Assembly: GCF_044704955.1 (NCBI RefSeq)
Contig: NC_091992.1
Coordinates: 88,040,001 to 88,104,000, forward strand
DNA: 64,000 nt
Source of the DNA: Pristiophorus japonicus
Lineage: Eukaryota
Direction: 5' to 3'
The notes beneath the pieces were generated by a model, which had not been told where the DNA came from, made no database searches, and worked only from the letters and a program-made list of their open reading frames with translations. The translations under genes and the position numbers were made by a program. Positions 1 to 14,229 of the stretch are shown here, in pieces (positions within the stretch are counted from its first letter, which is position 1; the number at the start of each line of letters is the position of its first letter).

Positions 1-54
1 GGGTTAGCAAATATGGTCAAGCTTTGTCTGCCTAGTAACAATAAGGAAAGGGGT

Positions 55-150
55 ACTGAGGTAAATGATCAGCCATGATCTTATTGAATGGTGGTGCAGG
101 CTTGAAAGGCCGAATGGCCTACTCCTGCACCTATTTTCTATGTTTCTATA
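55..150 (+). mobile_element. CR1 LINE 3' UTR fragment
   Basis: gatcagccatgatc...ggccgaatggcctactcctgcacctattttctatgtttctat, same tail as other CR1 copies in the window. Confidence 0.75.
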
Positions 151-246
151 TACTCTTCCTTAACTCGATTCAGAATTTTAATCTTTAGGTTATAATTCCA
201 TTCTCTGTCTCCCTCACATCCCTAATATGTACTACTGTTTTTCATT

Positions 247-995
247 TCATCATCTTAGGCAGTCCCTCGGAATCGAGGAAGACTTGCTTCCACTCCTGAA
301 GTGAGTTCTTTGGTGGCTGAACAGTCTAATACGAGAGCCACAGACTCTGTCACAGGTGGGACAGATAGTCATTGAGGGAAGAGGTGGGTGGGACTGGTTT
401 GCTGCACGCTCCCTCCGCTGTCCATGCTTGATTTCTGCATGCTCTCAGCATTGAGACTCAAGGTGCTCAGTGCCCTCTCGGATGCATTTCCTTCACTTAG
501 GGCGGACATGGGCCACCCAGGCATCAGTGGGGTTGTCACACTTTATCAGGGAGGCCCTGAGGGCATCCCTGTAGCATTTCCGCTGCCCACCCCTGGCTCG
601 TCTGCTGTGAAGGAGCTCCGAGTAGAGTACCTGCTTTGGGTGTTTCGTGTCTGGCATGCGGACTATGTGGCCTGCCGAGCGGAGCTGATCGAGTGTGGTC
701 AGTGCTTCAATGCTGGGGATGATAACCTGAATGAGGACGCTGATGTTGGTGCACCTGTCCTCCCAGGGGATTTGTAGGATCTTGTGGAGACATCGTTGGT
801 GATATTTCTCCAGCTACTTGAGGTGTCTACTGTACATGGTCCATGTCTCTGAGCCATACAGGAGGGCAGGTATTACTACAGCCCTGTAGACCATGAGTTT
901 GGTGGCAGTTTTGAGGGCCTGGCCTTCAAACACACTTTTCCTCAGGCGGCCAAAGGCTGCACTGGCTCGCTGGAGGCGGTGTTGGATCTCGTTGT
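247..995 (-). mobile_element. RTE-clade (BovB-like) LINE, 5'-truncated ORF2 C-terminus
   Basis: Minus strand reads YRAVVIPALLYGSETWTMYSRH...CLHKILQIPWED...GHIVRMPD..PKQVLYSEL, typical RTE C-terminal motifs; short (gat)n-like tail near 247. Confidence 0.8.
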
Positions 996-3635
996 CTTTT
1001 ATTGTACTTCATTTATATCTATATTGGTAGTGTATTTGTTACATATCTGTTAATTATTTTAACATGTCCTTGTTCTTCTGCGGTCTTCTGCATTCTCCCT
1101 CACTATTTGTTAGGACTCCCTAATTTACTGTCTTCATCGTTGTTAATCACTCCATAATTATGCCAACGTTATTTATGTGTTTGGAGAATCCCTGCATAAA
1201 AGCCTAGTGCACATCACTTAACATCTTGCCAATTTGTTAAAGGTGTTTACTCTTACCATCTGTTCGTCAACCCTACATCCGTCCCACTGCTCATGCTGCC
1301 AAATTAACTTTAATGCCATGGGCCTTAATCTTCACATGTATCTTGTGTGCTACTTTATCAAACATTTTTTGAACAAATACCAGCACATCCACTGTGTTCC
1401 CTTTGTCTATACCATGATTTTTGTAAAACAGTGCAGCTTTACTCTCCCCCACTCTTCCTATTAACTACAAAGTGGAACGTGGTTTTAAATTTGGAAAATT
1501 CGTACAATTGTGTACTGTAAAATATGTTGCTTTAATAATGTTGCAAACGGAACAAAAAACGCTGTGCGGCGCTGAATACCGCGTTAACACGACGTTTTAA
1601 TCTAATGATTCCTCGTCTAACGTATTTAAATACTGATTCAGCTTTAAGACTTTTCAGAACAGCTAAGTGGCTTGCGCGTCCATTACATTTCAATTTCTCC
1701 ATTAACGTAAAAATGTACGAACACCCTGAGCGTTCTGTGGAGCTGGATACATAACAGTGTGAGTTGATTAGATGTCACTGAAATTGATATATATTTTGTG
1801 TTCATCGTTTCTGAACCAGCTGCTTGTGATAAAGTCTTGGATGACAGCCAGTGTGCCAGTCAATAATGACTAATTAACATGCAGTTGAGCTTTATATATT
1901 AAATAACCAGCACTTTCTATCAAATTTAATTTTGTGGTGATCTATTAAGGTTTGTTTTCTCTTTAAGCAATCTAGTTTAGATTCGGCTGAATTAGCATCC
2001 CTTACCTTGATTGATTCTGCCCAACGAAAAAGATGTGTACAGCAACTGTAACAAAAGAAAAAAAGATAGGTGAACTTTCCGTATATCATTACTGAGAGTG
2101 AAAGGCGGTCTTTCGAAATACCGTATACAAAATCATTTCATTTTATGCAAGTCAGTCTCAAAATAATAATGGTTTGTTACATTCCAGTATAAAATTACAA
2201 ATAAAAAACAATAACGTTCCAACATGTTAAAGACGGTGGGATGTCTGAATAACTAATCCACAATATCATAAATATAATTCAGAGAGTTACTATACTATTA
2301 TTAATACCCTAATTACCGTGAAGAAAATCAATAACGAAGAGACTCGATGGTTGGACGCTAGAAAGCGTCCGAGGGTCTGTGGGACAACCTATATACACGG
2401 AATTTTTGCCCGCGCAGCAAGTCCAGTCCCTATTTGGTATTTCAAAAGCCTGATGAGCAGATTTGCTTATTGCGTTAACTCTCGTGTTCTCACATCAGGA
2501 CAAAATTAGAGAAGCAATGTCAGTAGTTTTGAGTGGAATTCTTGAGCCACTAATCCAGTCCTTATCAAATGTCTCCATTACTGACCACGTAAAGCTAACG
2601 TGGCAATTTTTATCAAGCGCAAAATCGTTGACGGATTGAACCTTTAATTTAGGGTCAGCAAATAGCACAAATAAATTTCAGTAAATTCACTCCCCCAAAA
2701 AATAATTCATAGTATCGAAGTTCAATATTTTTTTAATTGCTACCCTAGATTTGTAAACGAAGCCTTTCACTGATTTACATCAATATCTGGCATAACATTT
2801 ACCTGGGGTTTATTTTATAAATGGAAATACAAAAAATGTTTCCCCGCCGCCTGAAATTTCGCATGGACTAAATGCAGAAAACATGCTAATTATTGCGCTG
2901 CGGCAAAACGTATCAGTTGTGGCAGGATTCCAACGATTTTTGCATCTTGTTTTTCCAAATTGTTAGAAAATTGTAAGCAAATTAAATGGCAAAGCGGTTG
3001 GGAAATGGAACTTTCGTTTGCTTTGGAATTAAGTTTATATTGCAAATTCAACTGTCTCGCGATACATGAATGGAAAGATCTAGAGATCATTAATTAATAT
3101 ATTTATGATTATGCAGATACATTGTTATCACATCGTCTGATCATCTCCATTCATAAATTAGTGGATACTTGTGAAGTACAGTATTCATAACTAGACGAAG
3201 TTGTTTCTGTGAGTGTATGCGTGAGGGGGGCAAAGGGGGAAAGCGGGTGCAGGCTACATAAGGCAATGTTTGTATAAGTCAAGCCGTTTAAAATGGAAAA
3301 TGGCATAAACACAGAGCTTATATTAAAATAAAAAAGTAGACAGTTATTAATCTAAAAATGAGAGAAAAATGTATTGATTCTCCACCTACCGATTTCAATT
3401 ATGAAAAGGAAGATGTATATTAAACCCAATTTATGTTAGCACCTTTGGTTATTCACGTGAATGGACAGTGTTGAAGTTATAAGATGTAGGAACCTGTTCA
3501 AGAAACAGCTCAGCCAGCACCTGCCTTAAAATCAAATTCCGATCTATTTCCATAACATAAAATTGGTATGTCCAGATGGGCATGAGTGGAATTCTGCCGT
3601 CTCCCATGGTTACATATTCCCCCAACTGTGGCATT

Positions 3636-4067
3636 AGAGAAAGAAACTTGCATTTATATAGCGCCTTTCACAACCACCGGACGTCCCAAAGCACTTTACA
3701 GCCAATTAAGTATTTCTTGAAGTGTAGTCACTGCTGTAATGTAGGAAAAGCAATCTCCATTTGCGCACAGCAAGCTCCCACAAACAGCAATGTGATAATG
3801 ACCAGATAACCTGTTTAGTGATGTTGATTGAGGGATAAATATTGGCTAGGATACTGAGGATAACTCTCCTGTTTTTCTTCGAAATAGTGCCATGCTCGGT
3901 TTACTGTCTCATCCCAAAGCCAGCTCCTCCAACAGTGCAGCACTCCCTCAGTACTGCACTGGAGTGTCAGCCTGGATTTTTGTGCTCAAGTTATTGGTGT
4001 GGGACTGAAACACACAACCTTTTTGACTCAGAGGAAAGGGTGCTACCCACTGAGTCTCAGCTGACAC
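3636..4067 (-). mobile_element. tRNA-derived Deu-domain SINE (SacSINE1-like)
   Basis: Reverse complement of the copy at 22294; tRNA-like head gtgtcagctgagactcagtgg, Deu-like core, tail ...gcgctatataaatgcaagtttc. Confidence 0.75.
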
Positions 4068-5944
4068 TAAATGGCAGTTAAAGGGCCCTGGCCTGAGGAT
4101 TGCATAACATGCAGACCCCCATGTTCCTATAACTTTGGGCATATTCTCCCATCATGATTTAAATTTTCATGTTAGGAGAGAGCACATAGTAGTATGGGCT
4201 CTCTTCTAACATTAAACTCAGATTTCTTGGTCCTCCATTATCAATTTTACACTGACCAGTAGTTTGCCAGTATTGACCTGACTCTGAGTTAGACTGCCAC
4301 TTCATCATCAATATGCTGCTGAAATGACTTTGAATTGATGTGAACATGATATGGTAACAATACAGTGACAATGATTGCTGATGCCCATCTAAACAGAATG
4401 GTTACTGTCAGATGCAAGGTGTCCATGGAATTGCACACTAGTATCAATCGATATTTTCAAGAAAGGAAGTATGGGAAAAATCAGAGCTAAAATTCGAGAA
4501 GAAAAATGTAATTTTATAAAATTTAACGAATTCCATCCTAATATGTACCTAGTTCCAAAAATAAAGAAACATCCATGCTTTAAAATGGGATATGAAGACA
4601 TCAATAACTCTTGGACTAAACCTCTGCATTCAACACCAAAAAACTGAATTACAGAAAAAATGTATCACTAAAACAACTTATTGGGTAATAGGAAAAGAAA
4701 ACCGAGCAGTGTGAGTCAACCTATGTGTTCCTGTGAGTGTGCTAACAGTAACAGGAGAAAAATATCATTCTCATTTAACAAATTATGAATGTTAAGAGCA
4801 AATTAAATCTTCAGTTTACTCAAACCCACATTTTTATAAAAACTAGCCCATGCTGGAAACTACATGCCAATATGTTTTGTTTTTCCACCTCCAGTTGCCC
4901 CAGACTGCATTTGGCCTAAGTGGGTGGTGGGCATCTAGATAATCTGTTTACAACAAAATGCAACACTATTCATGATGCTGCTGCTAGAAGATACATTAAA
5001 TCTGGTTAGATTAACAATGGCATAATGACATAGCTGGGATCAGAAATTCATCTGATGGATAAGTGACAATTTATCATTTTATTGCACAATGTCTTGAAGA
5101 AGGGACATAAATACTTTGCATGTGTTACTCAAATTTAAATATTATGTTACATAGTTACTGGATACATTAGCTCAGAGGAGTGTTACATTTCAGTCCAAAA
5201 TGTAAACACGAGCAGCTAGTCTTAATAGCAGCCCTAATATTTTGGAGGGCAATCCACATTTTGGAGGGCAATCGTTCAAGGAATATTTGTAGATTATAAA
5301 GTTGTGGTTATTCATGAAGCAATTTTTAAAATACTTTTATAAAACTGTAGGTCCATTTAAAATGCTTTTATTTAAATCTCTGTTCAAGGCATTTTTAAAC
5401 TAGCAATCAAACATCTTTTTACCTTCATTTTTTAAACAAAACATCCTTCATTCTTAGATCTCTCTTCACCATGCACCATTTTGTAATCAAAAGGATACAT
5501 GCAAGGTGAGCCACAGGGATAACTGTCATCAATGTTATGCTGATAAATCTGGGTATCACTGACAAATGCTTTGTGCGGCTACATTTGTCAATTATCTTGT
5601 TTTGGTAGAAATGGGTAGCCAGGTTTTGCTGAATAGTTGCATTGAAAATGGTTGACTTAAATTTAATTGGTAACTTGTGTGAAATAGAACACCAAAGTGA
5701 GGTAATCAGAATATTTTGGAAGTATCAGAATTGGCAGATAATGCAGATATGGTCAGCAGCTAGAAAAAAATAACAAATTATACCTTTCACAGACTAAATG
5801 AGCTGACTAATGAAATGTACTTATTTAACTTTTCAAACTTCAGCTCAGAAAGTACTTGACATTTCATACTACTGTTTTAACAATATGCACACTAGTGTAC
5901 AGCCTTTGTTTCTTTCTCCAAAATGTAATCTTATATGATTCATA

Positions 5945-6340
5945 GGGGCTGAAATTGCCCCTCGCCCCGATTGGGGGCGGTAACCTTCCGGGACTGGGAC
6001 ATTTATCGCTCGGGCCGGAGGTCCTGCCCCCGACTTGGAATTGGGACATACAACCCTCAAAGGAAGGCGCTGTGCTTCTTTGAGGGGTGCTCCCGGGGCG
6101 GGAGCGTGGCTCTGACTCCAGCGCTAAGCGGCGCAGGCCAGGGCTACGCAGATGTTCCTCGTAACACTGATGGGCTACAATGCCACTCCCCTTCAACTAA
6201 AGGCGAGGCCGCTGAACACTCTGCATGGCCCTTTGGTGGCCCCGGTCGACGCTAGGGTCAGTACTGTCGGGCAGGCCCATGAGTCGCCTGGGGCGCTAAA
6301 GACCTCCCCTTTAAAAGGCGCCCCAGCAGTGGATGTCCAC
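5945..6340. mobile_element. Harbinger-like MITE fragment (left end only)
   Basis: Starts GGGGCTGAAATTGCCC, identical 16-mer to 62504; GC-rich interior; right TIR not found. Confidence 0.5.
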
Positions 6341-7123
6341 CATCTTCGTGACCCACAAAACTGGCATTGATATCCACCCACACCAGCCTCAAACAGCACT
6401 TCAGGGGCCTCAGCACATAAGTGGACATATTACAGTACAGTTCTGCCTGAGTCTCCACGATCATCATTGTTTGCTACATAACTTTGATCTGACCATAGAG
6501 GAGGAGATTTTCAATCTGCATTCACAGTCAAAGCAAAATGCAAACATAGACCAAGAGGAAGTTTTTGAGGGCTGGCAGCAACACTGCAAATGTGCAAGAT
6601 TTACATATATGGGAGAAATTTTAACTTCAAAGAGTGAGTGGGTTTGGGAGCAGGTAGGTGGTAAAATATGCTTGAAATTGACAGCACATTGGAAATTTGG
6701 ATCCAACCCGCTGACTCAGATTTCGTTGGAGGACATTCGGCAGCATGCGATGAACTCCTCAGGAGAGGAAGGATACCAATTGAAATCAATTAAGAGGTAG
6801 TTAAGAATTTTTTTAACAGAGCTTTTCAACTTTCACTGTAAGTCCACGGGTTTCTCAGGTTTCCTGGACCTCGCCAGTGAAAGCAGTATGGCGGCATTGA
6901 GGGAACTGAACAAATGACAGTTAACAAATTGCATAAGTACCAAGACCTCACACATTTTTCCTTACCTAAGTGAAAGGCTTTTGCTCACAGCACTTGTTTT
7001 GAGAATTTGCTTTCAGTACTTTGCGGCTGTTTTCTACAACTTTAGAGGAGGTGTCTAGAAATTTGGAGGTGATTTCCTCCCACATTGCAGGTTTGTGCAC
7101 CTGGTCTCTTTACATCTGTCATA

Positions 7124-8372
7124 TGCTGGAGTTCTTCGAGGATGTAGCGAACAGGGTGGATAAAGGGGAACCAGTGGATGTGGTGTATTTGGACTTCCAG
7201 AAGGCATTTGAAAAGGTGCCACGTAAAAGGTTACTGCACAAGATAAAAGTTCACGGGGTTGGGGGTAATATATTAGCATGGATAGAGGATTGGCTAACAG
7301 AGAACAGAGAGTTGGGATAAATAGTTCATTCTCTAGTTGGCAACCAGTAACAAGTGGGGTGCTGCAGGGATCAGTGCTGGGACCCCAACTATTTACAATC
7401 TATATTAATGACTTGGAAGAAGGTACTGAGTAGCTAAATTTGCTGATGATACAAAGATGGGAGGAAAAGCAATGTGTGAGGAGGTCACAAAAAATCTGCA
7501 AAAGGACATAGACAGACGAAGTGAGTTGGAAAAAAATTGGCAGATGGAGTATAATGTTGGAAAGTGTGAGGTCATGCAGTTTGGCAGAAATAAAATCAAA
7601 GAGCAAGTTATTATTTAAATGGACAGAGATTGCAAAGTGCCGCAGTACAGCGGGACCTGGGGGTAATTGTGCATGAAACGCAAAAGGATAGTATGCAGGT
7701 ACAGCAAGTGATCAGGAAGGCCAATGGTATCTTGGCCTCTATTGCAAAGGGGATGGAGTATAAAAGGATGGAAATGTTGCTACAGCTATATAAGATATTG
7801 GTGAGGCCACACCTGGAATACTGCGTGCAGTTTTTGATTCCATATTTACGAAAGGAAATACTTGCTTTGGAAGCAGTTCAGAGAAGGTTCATTAGGTTGA
7901 TTCCGGGGATGAGGGGTTGACTTATGAGGCAAGATTGAGTAGGTTGGGCCTCTACTCATTGGAATTCAGAAGAATGAGAGGTGATCTTATCGAAACATAT
8001 AAGATTATGAGGGGGCTTGACAAAGTGGATGCAGAGAGGATGTTTCCACTGATGGGGGAGACTAGAACTAGAGGGCATGATCTTAGAATAAGGGGCCACC
8101 CATTTAAAACAGAGATGAGGAGAAATTTCTTCTCTCAGAGGGTTGTAAATCTGTGGAATTCACTGCTTCAGAGAGCTGTGGAAGCTGGAACATTGAATAA
8201 ATTTAAGACCGAAATAGACAGTTTCTTAAACGATAAGGGGATAAGGAGTAATGGGGAGTGAGTGGGGAAGTGGAGCTGAGTCATGATCAGATCAGCCATG
8301 ATCTTATTGAATGGCGGAGCAGGCTCGAGGGGTCGTATGTCCTACTCCTGTTCCTATTTCTTATTTTCTTAT
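7124..8372 (+). mobile_element. CR1 LINE, 5'-truncated (RT to 3' UTR), degenerate
   Basis: [50 protein letters not shown]; tail ttcctatttcttattttcttat. Confidence 0.9.
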
Positions 8373-8449
8373 ATATCAGATCAGCATGAGTGCCGCTTAT
8401 GCTATTTCACCTTGGACCAGATGAGAACCAAGATGAGCACCTGCATTAA

Positions 8450-8523
8450 CAGCACCAGCAGCAGGAGGAGGACAAGCAGCAGCAACAGTACCAGCAGCAT
8501 CAGCAGGAGCAGGAGCAGTAGCA
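8450..8523 (+). repeat. Imperfect (CAG)n tract
   Basis: cagcaccagcagcaggaggaggacaagcagcagcaacag... Confidence 0.6.
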
Positions 8524-8559
8524 ACATTCTCCTCACAGATTTGCTGCTCCCCAGAAAAG

Positions 8560-9600
8560 AGGGGATGAGGACATAGGTGCAACTTGCAGGTGATACCCGC
8601 AACATTGAGTACACAGGCAGAGGATCAGCTTCATTGACATATGCGAACACCAGTGCATTCGAAGGCTCAGGGTAGCGCGTCAGGTTGTGGCAGATATTTG
8701 CACCCTGCTGGAACAAGCCCTGCTGCCAATTGGACCTGGTGGCCACGCTTTACCAGTGGCTGTCAAAGTGACCACCGCCCTCAACTCTTCACCTTAGGGA
8801 CTGTCCAGGAATCTGTAGGAGATATTTTCAGGATTTTGCAGTCGGCCACCAACAAATGCTTTACACTGGTGACTGATGCCATGTTTACAGGCAATTATGT
8901 ACACTTTGTCACTGATGAAGCCAGTCAGAATGAGCGTGCGCTTGGGTTTCGGCTCTATCTGGCTTCCCACTGGTGCACAGCATCGTTGATTGTACACATG
9001 TGACAATCAAGGCACTTCCAGATCATCCAGGAGTGTTCGAGAACCATAAGGACTTCCGCTTTATCAATGTGCAGCTGATCCATAACTATAAAAGATCATT
9101 ATGCAGGTGTGCAAAAGATTCCCATGGAGTTGCCATGATGCATTTGACCTGCACCAGTCCACACTCCCTGATCTCTTCACACCTCAGAACAGACTTACCG
9201 ACAGGTTGCTTATAGAAAAGGGCTATCCACTCAAGTTGTGCCTCATGACACCCGTGAGGAGCCCAAACAATGAATCCCAAGAGCGCTAGAATCAAAGCCA
9301 TATGATGATGAGATGAGATATGTCATTGAGCAAACAATCGGAATGTGAAGATGAGCTTCAATGCCTTGACAGATCTGGCAGCACCCTTCAATTCGCACCA
9401 ACCAGTGCCTCCAGAATGATCGTTGTTTACACAATAGAGCGCAGCAGCGAGGATTGGAGTTGCAGGAGGAGCAAGGCGCAGAGCAGGAAAATGATGATGA
9501 GGAGGAGGAAGAACGTCTTGAGGCCATGGCACCATTAGCAACGCACATTGCTACTTGGGATGTCTGGGGTGGACTCATCCAGGCAAGATTTAGTTACGTT
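8560..9600 (+). pseudogene. Degenerate PIF/Harbinger (HARBI1-like) transposase
   Basis: Frameshifted pieces: VKVTTAL, DCTHV, HDAF, KGYPL..LMTP, CLDRSG, acidic tail, LIQARFS. Confidence 0.8.
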
Positions 9601-9647
9601 GCATCAATACCCAACTGTCAGCCACATACTAAGCCTACGTGCACATT

Positions 9648-12600
9648 ACATAGAAACATAGAAAATAGGTGCAGGAGTAGGCCATTCGGCCCTTCGAGCC
9701 TGCACCGCCATTCAATGAGTTCATGGCTGAACATTCAACTTCAGTACCCCATTCCTGCATTCTCTCCATACCCCTTGATCCCTTTAGCCATAAGGGCCAT
9801 ATCTAACTCCCTCTTAAATATATCCAATGAACTGGCATCAACACTCTCTGCGGTAGGGAATTCCACAGGTTAACAACTCTCTGAGTGAAGAAGTTTCTCC
9901 TCATCTCAATCCTAAATGGCTTACCCCTTATCCTTAGACTATGACCTGGTTCTGGACTACCGCAACATTGGGAACATTCTTCCTGCATCTAAGCTGTCCA
10001 GTTCCATCAGAATTTTATATGTTTCTATGAGATCCTCTCATCCTTCTAAACTGCAGTGAATACAGGCGCAGTCGATCCAGTCACTCCTCATATGTCAGTC
10101 CTGCCATCCCGGGAATCAGTCTGGTGAACCTTCGCTGCACTTCCTCAATAGCAAGAATGTCCTTCCTCAGATTAGGAGACCAAAACTGAACACAATATTC
10201 CAGGTGAGGCCTCACTAAGGTCCTGTACAATTGCAGTAAGACCTCCCTGCTCCTATACTCGAATCTCCTAGCTATGAAGGCCAACATACCATTTGCCTTC
10301 TTCACCGCCTGCTGTACCTCCATGTCAACTTTCAATGATTGATGTATCATGACACCCAGGTCTTGTTGCACCTCCCCTTTTCCTAATCTGCCGCCATTCA
10401 GATAATATTCTGCCTTCGTGTTTTTGCCACCAAAGTGGATAACCTCACATTTATCCACATTATACCGCACCTGCCACTCATTTGCCCACTCACCTAACCT
10501 GTCCAAGACACCCTGCAACCTTTTAGCGTCCTCCTCACAGCTCACACCGCCATCTAGCTTAGTGTCATCTGCAAACTTGGAGATATTACACTCAATTCCC
10601 TGATCCAAATTATTAATGTATATTGTAAATAGCTGGGCTCCCAGCACTGAGCCCTGCGGCACCCTACTAGGCACTGCCTGCCATTCTGAAAAGGACCCGT
10701 TTATCCCAACTCTCTGCTTCCTGTCTGCCAACCAGTTCTCTATCCACATCAGTACATTACCCCAATACCATGTGCTTTAATTTTTCACATCAATCTCTTG
10801 TGTGAGACCTTGTCAAAAGCCTTTTGAAAGTCCAAATACACCACCTCCACTGGTTCTCCATTGTCCACTCTACCAGTTACATCCTCAAAAAATTCTGGAA
10901 GATTTGTCAAGCAGGATTTCCCTTTCATATATCCATGCTGACTTGGACAAATCCCATCACTGCATTCTAAATGTGCTGCTATTTCATCTTTAATAATTGA
11001 TTGCAACATTTTCCCCACTATTGATGTCAGGTTAACTGGTCTATAATTACCCGTTTTCTCTCACCCTCCTTTTTTAAAAAGTGGTGTTACCTTAGCTACC
11101 CTCCAGTCCATAGGAATTGATCCAGAGTTGATAGACTGTTGGAAAATGATCACCAATTCATCCACTATTTCTTGGGCTACTTCCTTGAGTACTCTGGGAT
11201 GCAGACTTTCAGGCCCCGGGAATTTATCGGCCTTCAATCCCATCAATTACCCTAACACAATTTCCCGCCTAATAAGGATTTCCTTCAGTTCCTACTTCTC
11301 ACTAGACCCTCGGTTCCCTAATATTTCCGGAAGGTTATTTGTGTCTTCCTGCGTGAAGACAGAACCAAAGTATTTGTTTAACTGGTCTGCCATTTCTTTG
11401 TTCCCCATTATAAATTCACCTGAATCTGACTGCAAGGGACCTACGTTTATTTTTACTAATCTTTTTCTCTTCACATATCTATAGAAGTTTTTGCAGTCAG
11501 TTTTTATGCTCTCAGCAAGCTTCCTCTCATACTCTATTTTCCCCCTCCTAATTAAACCCTTTGTCCTCCTCTGCTATATTATAAAATTCTCCCAGTCCTC
11601 AGGTTTTTCTGGCCAATTTATATGCCTCTTCCTTGGATTTAATACTAGCCTTAATTTCTCTTGTTAGCCACGGTTGAGACACCTTTCCCGTTTTATTTTT
11701 ACTTCAGACAGGGATGTACAATTGTTGAAGTTCATCCATGGGATCTTTAAATGTTTGCCATTGCCTCTCCACTGTCAAACCTTTAAGTATCACTCGCCAG
11801 TCTATTCTAGTCAATTCACGTCATACCATCGAAGTTACCTTTCCTTAAGTTCAGGATCCTAGTCCCTGAATTAACTGTGTCACTCTCCATCTTAATAAAG
11901 AATTCTACCATGTTATGGTCACTCTTCCCCAAGTGGCCTCAGACAACAAGATTGCTAATTAGTCCTTTCTCATTACACATCACCCAGTCTTGGATGGCCA
12001 GCCTTCTAGTTGGTTCCTCGACATATTGGTCCAGGAAATCCTCCTCCACCGCATTGCTACCAATTTGGTTAGTCCAATCAATATGTAGATTAAAGTCGCC
12101 CATGATAACTGCTGTACCTTTATTGCACGCATCCCTAATTTCTTGTTTGATGCTGTCCCCAACCTCACTACTACTGTTTCGTGGTCTGTACACAACTCCC
12201 ACTATCGTTTTCTGCCCTTTGGTATTCTGTAGCTCCACCCATACTGATTCCACATCATCCAAGCTAATGTCCTTCTTTACTATTGCATTAATTTCCTCTT
12301 TAATCAGCATTACCACACCACCTCCATTTCTTTTCTGTCTATCCTTCCTAAATGTTGAATACCCCTGGATGTTGAGTTTCCAACCTTGGTCACCCTGGAG
12401 CCATGGCTCCGTGATGCCAATTACATCATATCCGTTAACTGCTATCTGCGCAGTTAATTCGTCCACCTTATTCCGAATACTCCTTGCATTGAGGCACAGA
12501 GCCTTCAGGCTTGTCTTCTTAACGAACTTTGCCCCTTTCGAATTTTGCTGTAATGTGGCCCTTTTTGCTTTTTGCCTTGGGTTTCTCTGCCCTCCATTTT

Positions 12601-13712
12601 TACTTTTCTTCTTTCTATCTTTTGGTTCTGCCCCCATTCTACTTTCCTCTGTCTCCCTGCATAGGTTCCTATCCCCCTGCCATATTAGTTTAACTCCTCC
12701 CCAACAGCACTAGCAAACATTCCCCCTAGGACATTGGTTCCGGTCCTGCCCAGGTGCAAACCATCCAGTTTGTACTGGTCCCACCTCCCCCAGAACCGGT
12801 TCCAATGTCCCAGGAATTTGAATTCCTCCCTTCTGCACCACTCCGCAAGCCACGTATTCATCTGAGCTATCCTGCGATTCCTACTCTGACTCGCACATGG
12901 CTGGTAGCAATCCTGAGATTACTACTTTTGAGGTCCTACTTTTCAATTTAGCTCCTAACTCCCTAAATTTGTCTTGTAGGACCTCATCCCATTTTTTACC
13001 TATATCGTTGGTACCTATATGCACGACAACTGGCTGTTTACCGTCCCCCTTCAAAATGTCCTGCACCCGCTCCAAGACATCCTTGACCCTTGCACCAGGG
13101 AGGCAACATACCATCCTGGAGTCTCAGTTGTGGCCACAGAATCGTCTATCTATTCTCCTTACAATAGAATCCCCTACCACTATAGCTCTCCCACTCTTTT
13201 TCCTGCCCTCCTGTGCAGCAGAGCCACCCACGGTGCCATGAACTTGGCTGCTGCTGTTCTCCCCTGATGAGTTATCCACCTCAACAGTACCCAAAGAGGT
13301 GTATCTGTTTTGCAGGGGGATGACCGCAGGGGACCCCTGCACCACCTTCCTTCCATTGCTTTTCCTGTTTGTCAGCCATCCCCTCTCTGGCTGTATACCC
13401 TTTACCTGTGGTGTGGCCAACTCACTAAACGTGCCATTCACGACATCCTCAGCATTGCGGATGCTGCAGAGTAAATCCACCCACAGCTCCAGTGCCGCAA
13501 TGCGGTCTGTCAGGTGCTGCAGGCGGATGCACTTCCTGCACATGGAGTCATCAGGGACACTGGAAGCATCCCTGACTTCCCACATAGCACAGGAGGAATA
13601 TAACATGTGTCCGAGCTCTCCTGCCATGACTTAACCCTTAGATTAATTTAATTTGGCAACAACAATGCTAAAAGGTTACTTACTGATAAAGAAAAGAAAA
13701 AGAACAACCACT
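9648..13712 (-). mobile_element. Near-full-length CR1 LINE with ORF1 (zinc-finger + SGNH esterase) and ORF2 (APE endonuclease + RT), frameshifted
   Basis: ORF1 13627-12881: C..W...CRKC, PLQNRY, VVGDSIVR, CLPGA, HIGTND; ORF2: [43 protein letters not shown]; 3' tail at 9648. Confidence 0.92.
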
Positions 13713-14229
13713 CACGAATCACCAGACATTCTGAGAAACTTGTGTACTTGCCTCTCCCTTCTTGCCATCCTCCCTCCACTGGACCAGCAGCACTTTACTC
13801 CTGCCTGTCCATGGGAGAGCAGCTTGGATGAGATCAATGATGCATTGGAAGATGTCTGGTCTATCTGCCAGCTGTGAAGCTGGTAGAAATATTGGTGGCC
13901 AGATTATCTTCTATGTACGTCCTGGTACAACTTCCGCAGAGGCAACCAAATGCTGAATGGAACGTTGCATGGTGAAAAAAAACAGCAATATCTCTACAAA
14001 TGGTTGAGATGGACTCCCCCATCCTGTGTACCATTTTGGAAAGCGTGCACAGGCACTTCTGAGCCACCAGCATTCTCCTTTTCATTGATGTCCTCCCCGG
14101 GCTCTGCCTCACTGTTCTGCTGAGCAGAACTTCAAAAGGATGGCACCCTCTGATGCCTACTCTCCTCTGATGCTGTACTCTCTGCTTATGCTCACTTGTA
14201 CTTTGACAATTACCAGGTGACATTCCATC

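Noticed and set aside
388-777. 129-aa plus-strand ORF
   Set aside because: Antisense to the RTE LINE fragment.
6855-6863. MEF3/Six1-like motif TCAGGTTTC
   Set aside because: Single isolated 9-mer within probable transposon-derived sequence; no supporting cluster.
11877-12713. 278-aa plus-strand ORF
   Set aside because: Antisense shadow of the CR1 endonuclease region.
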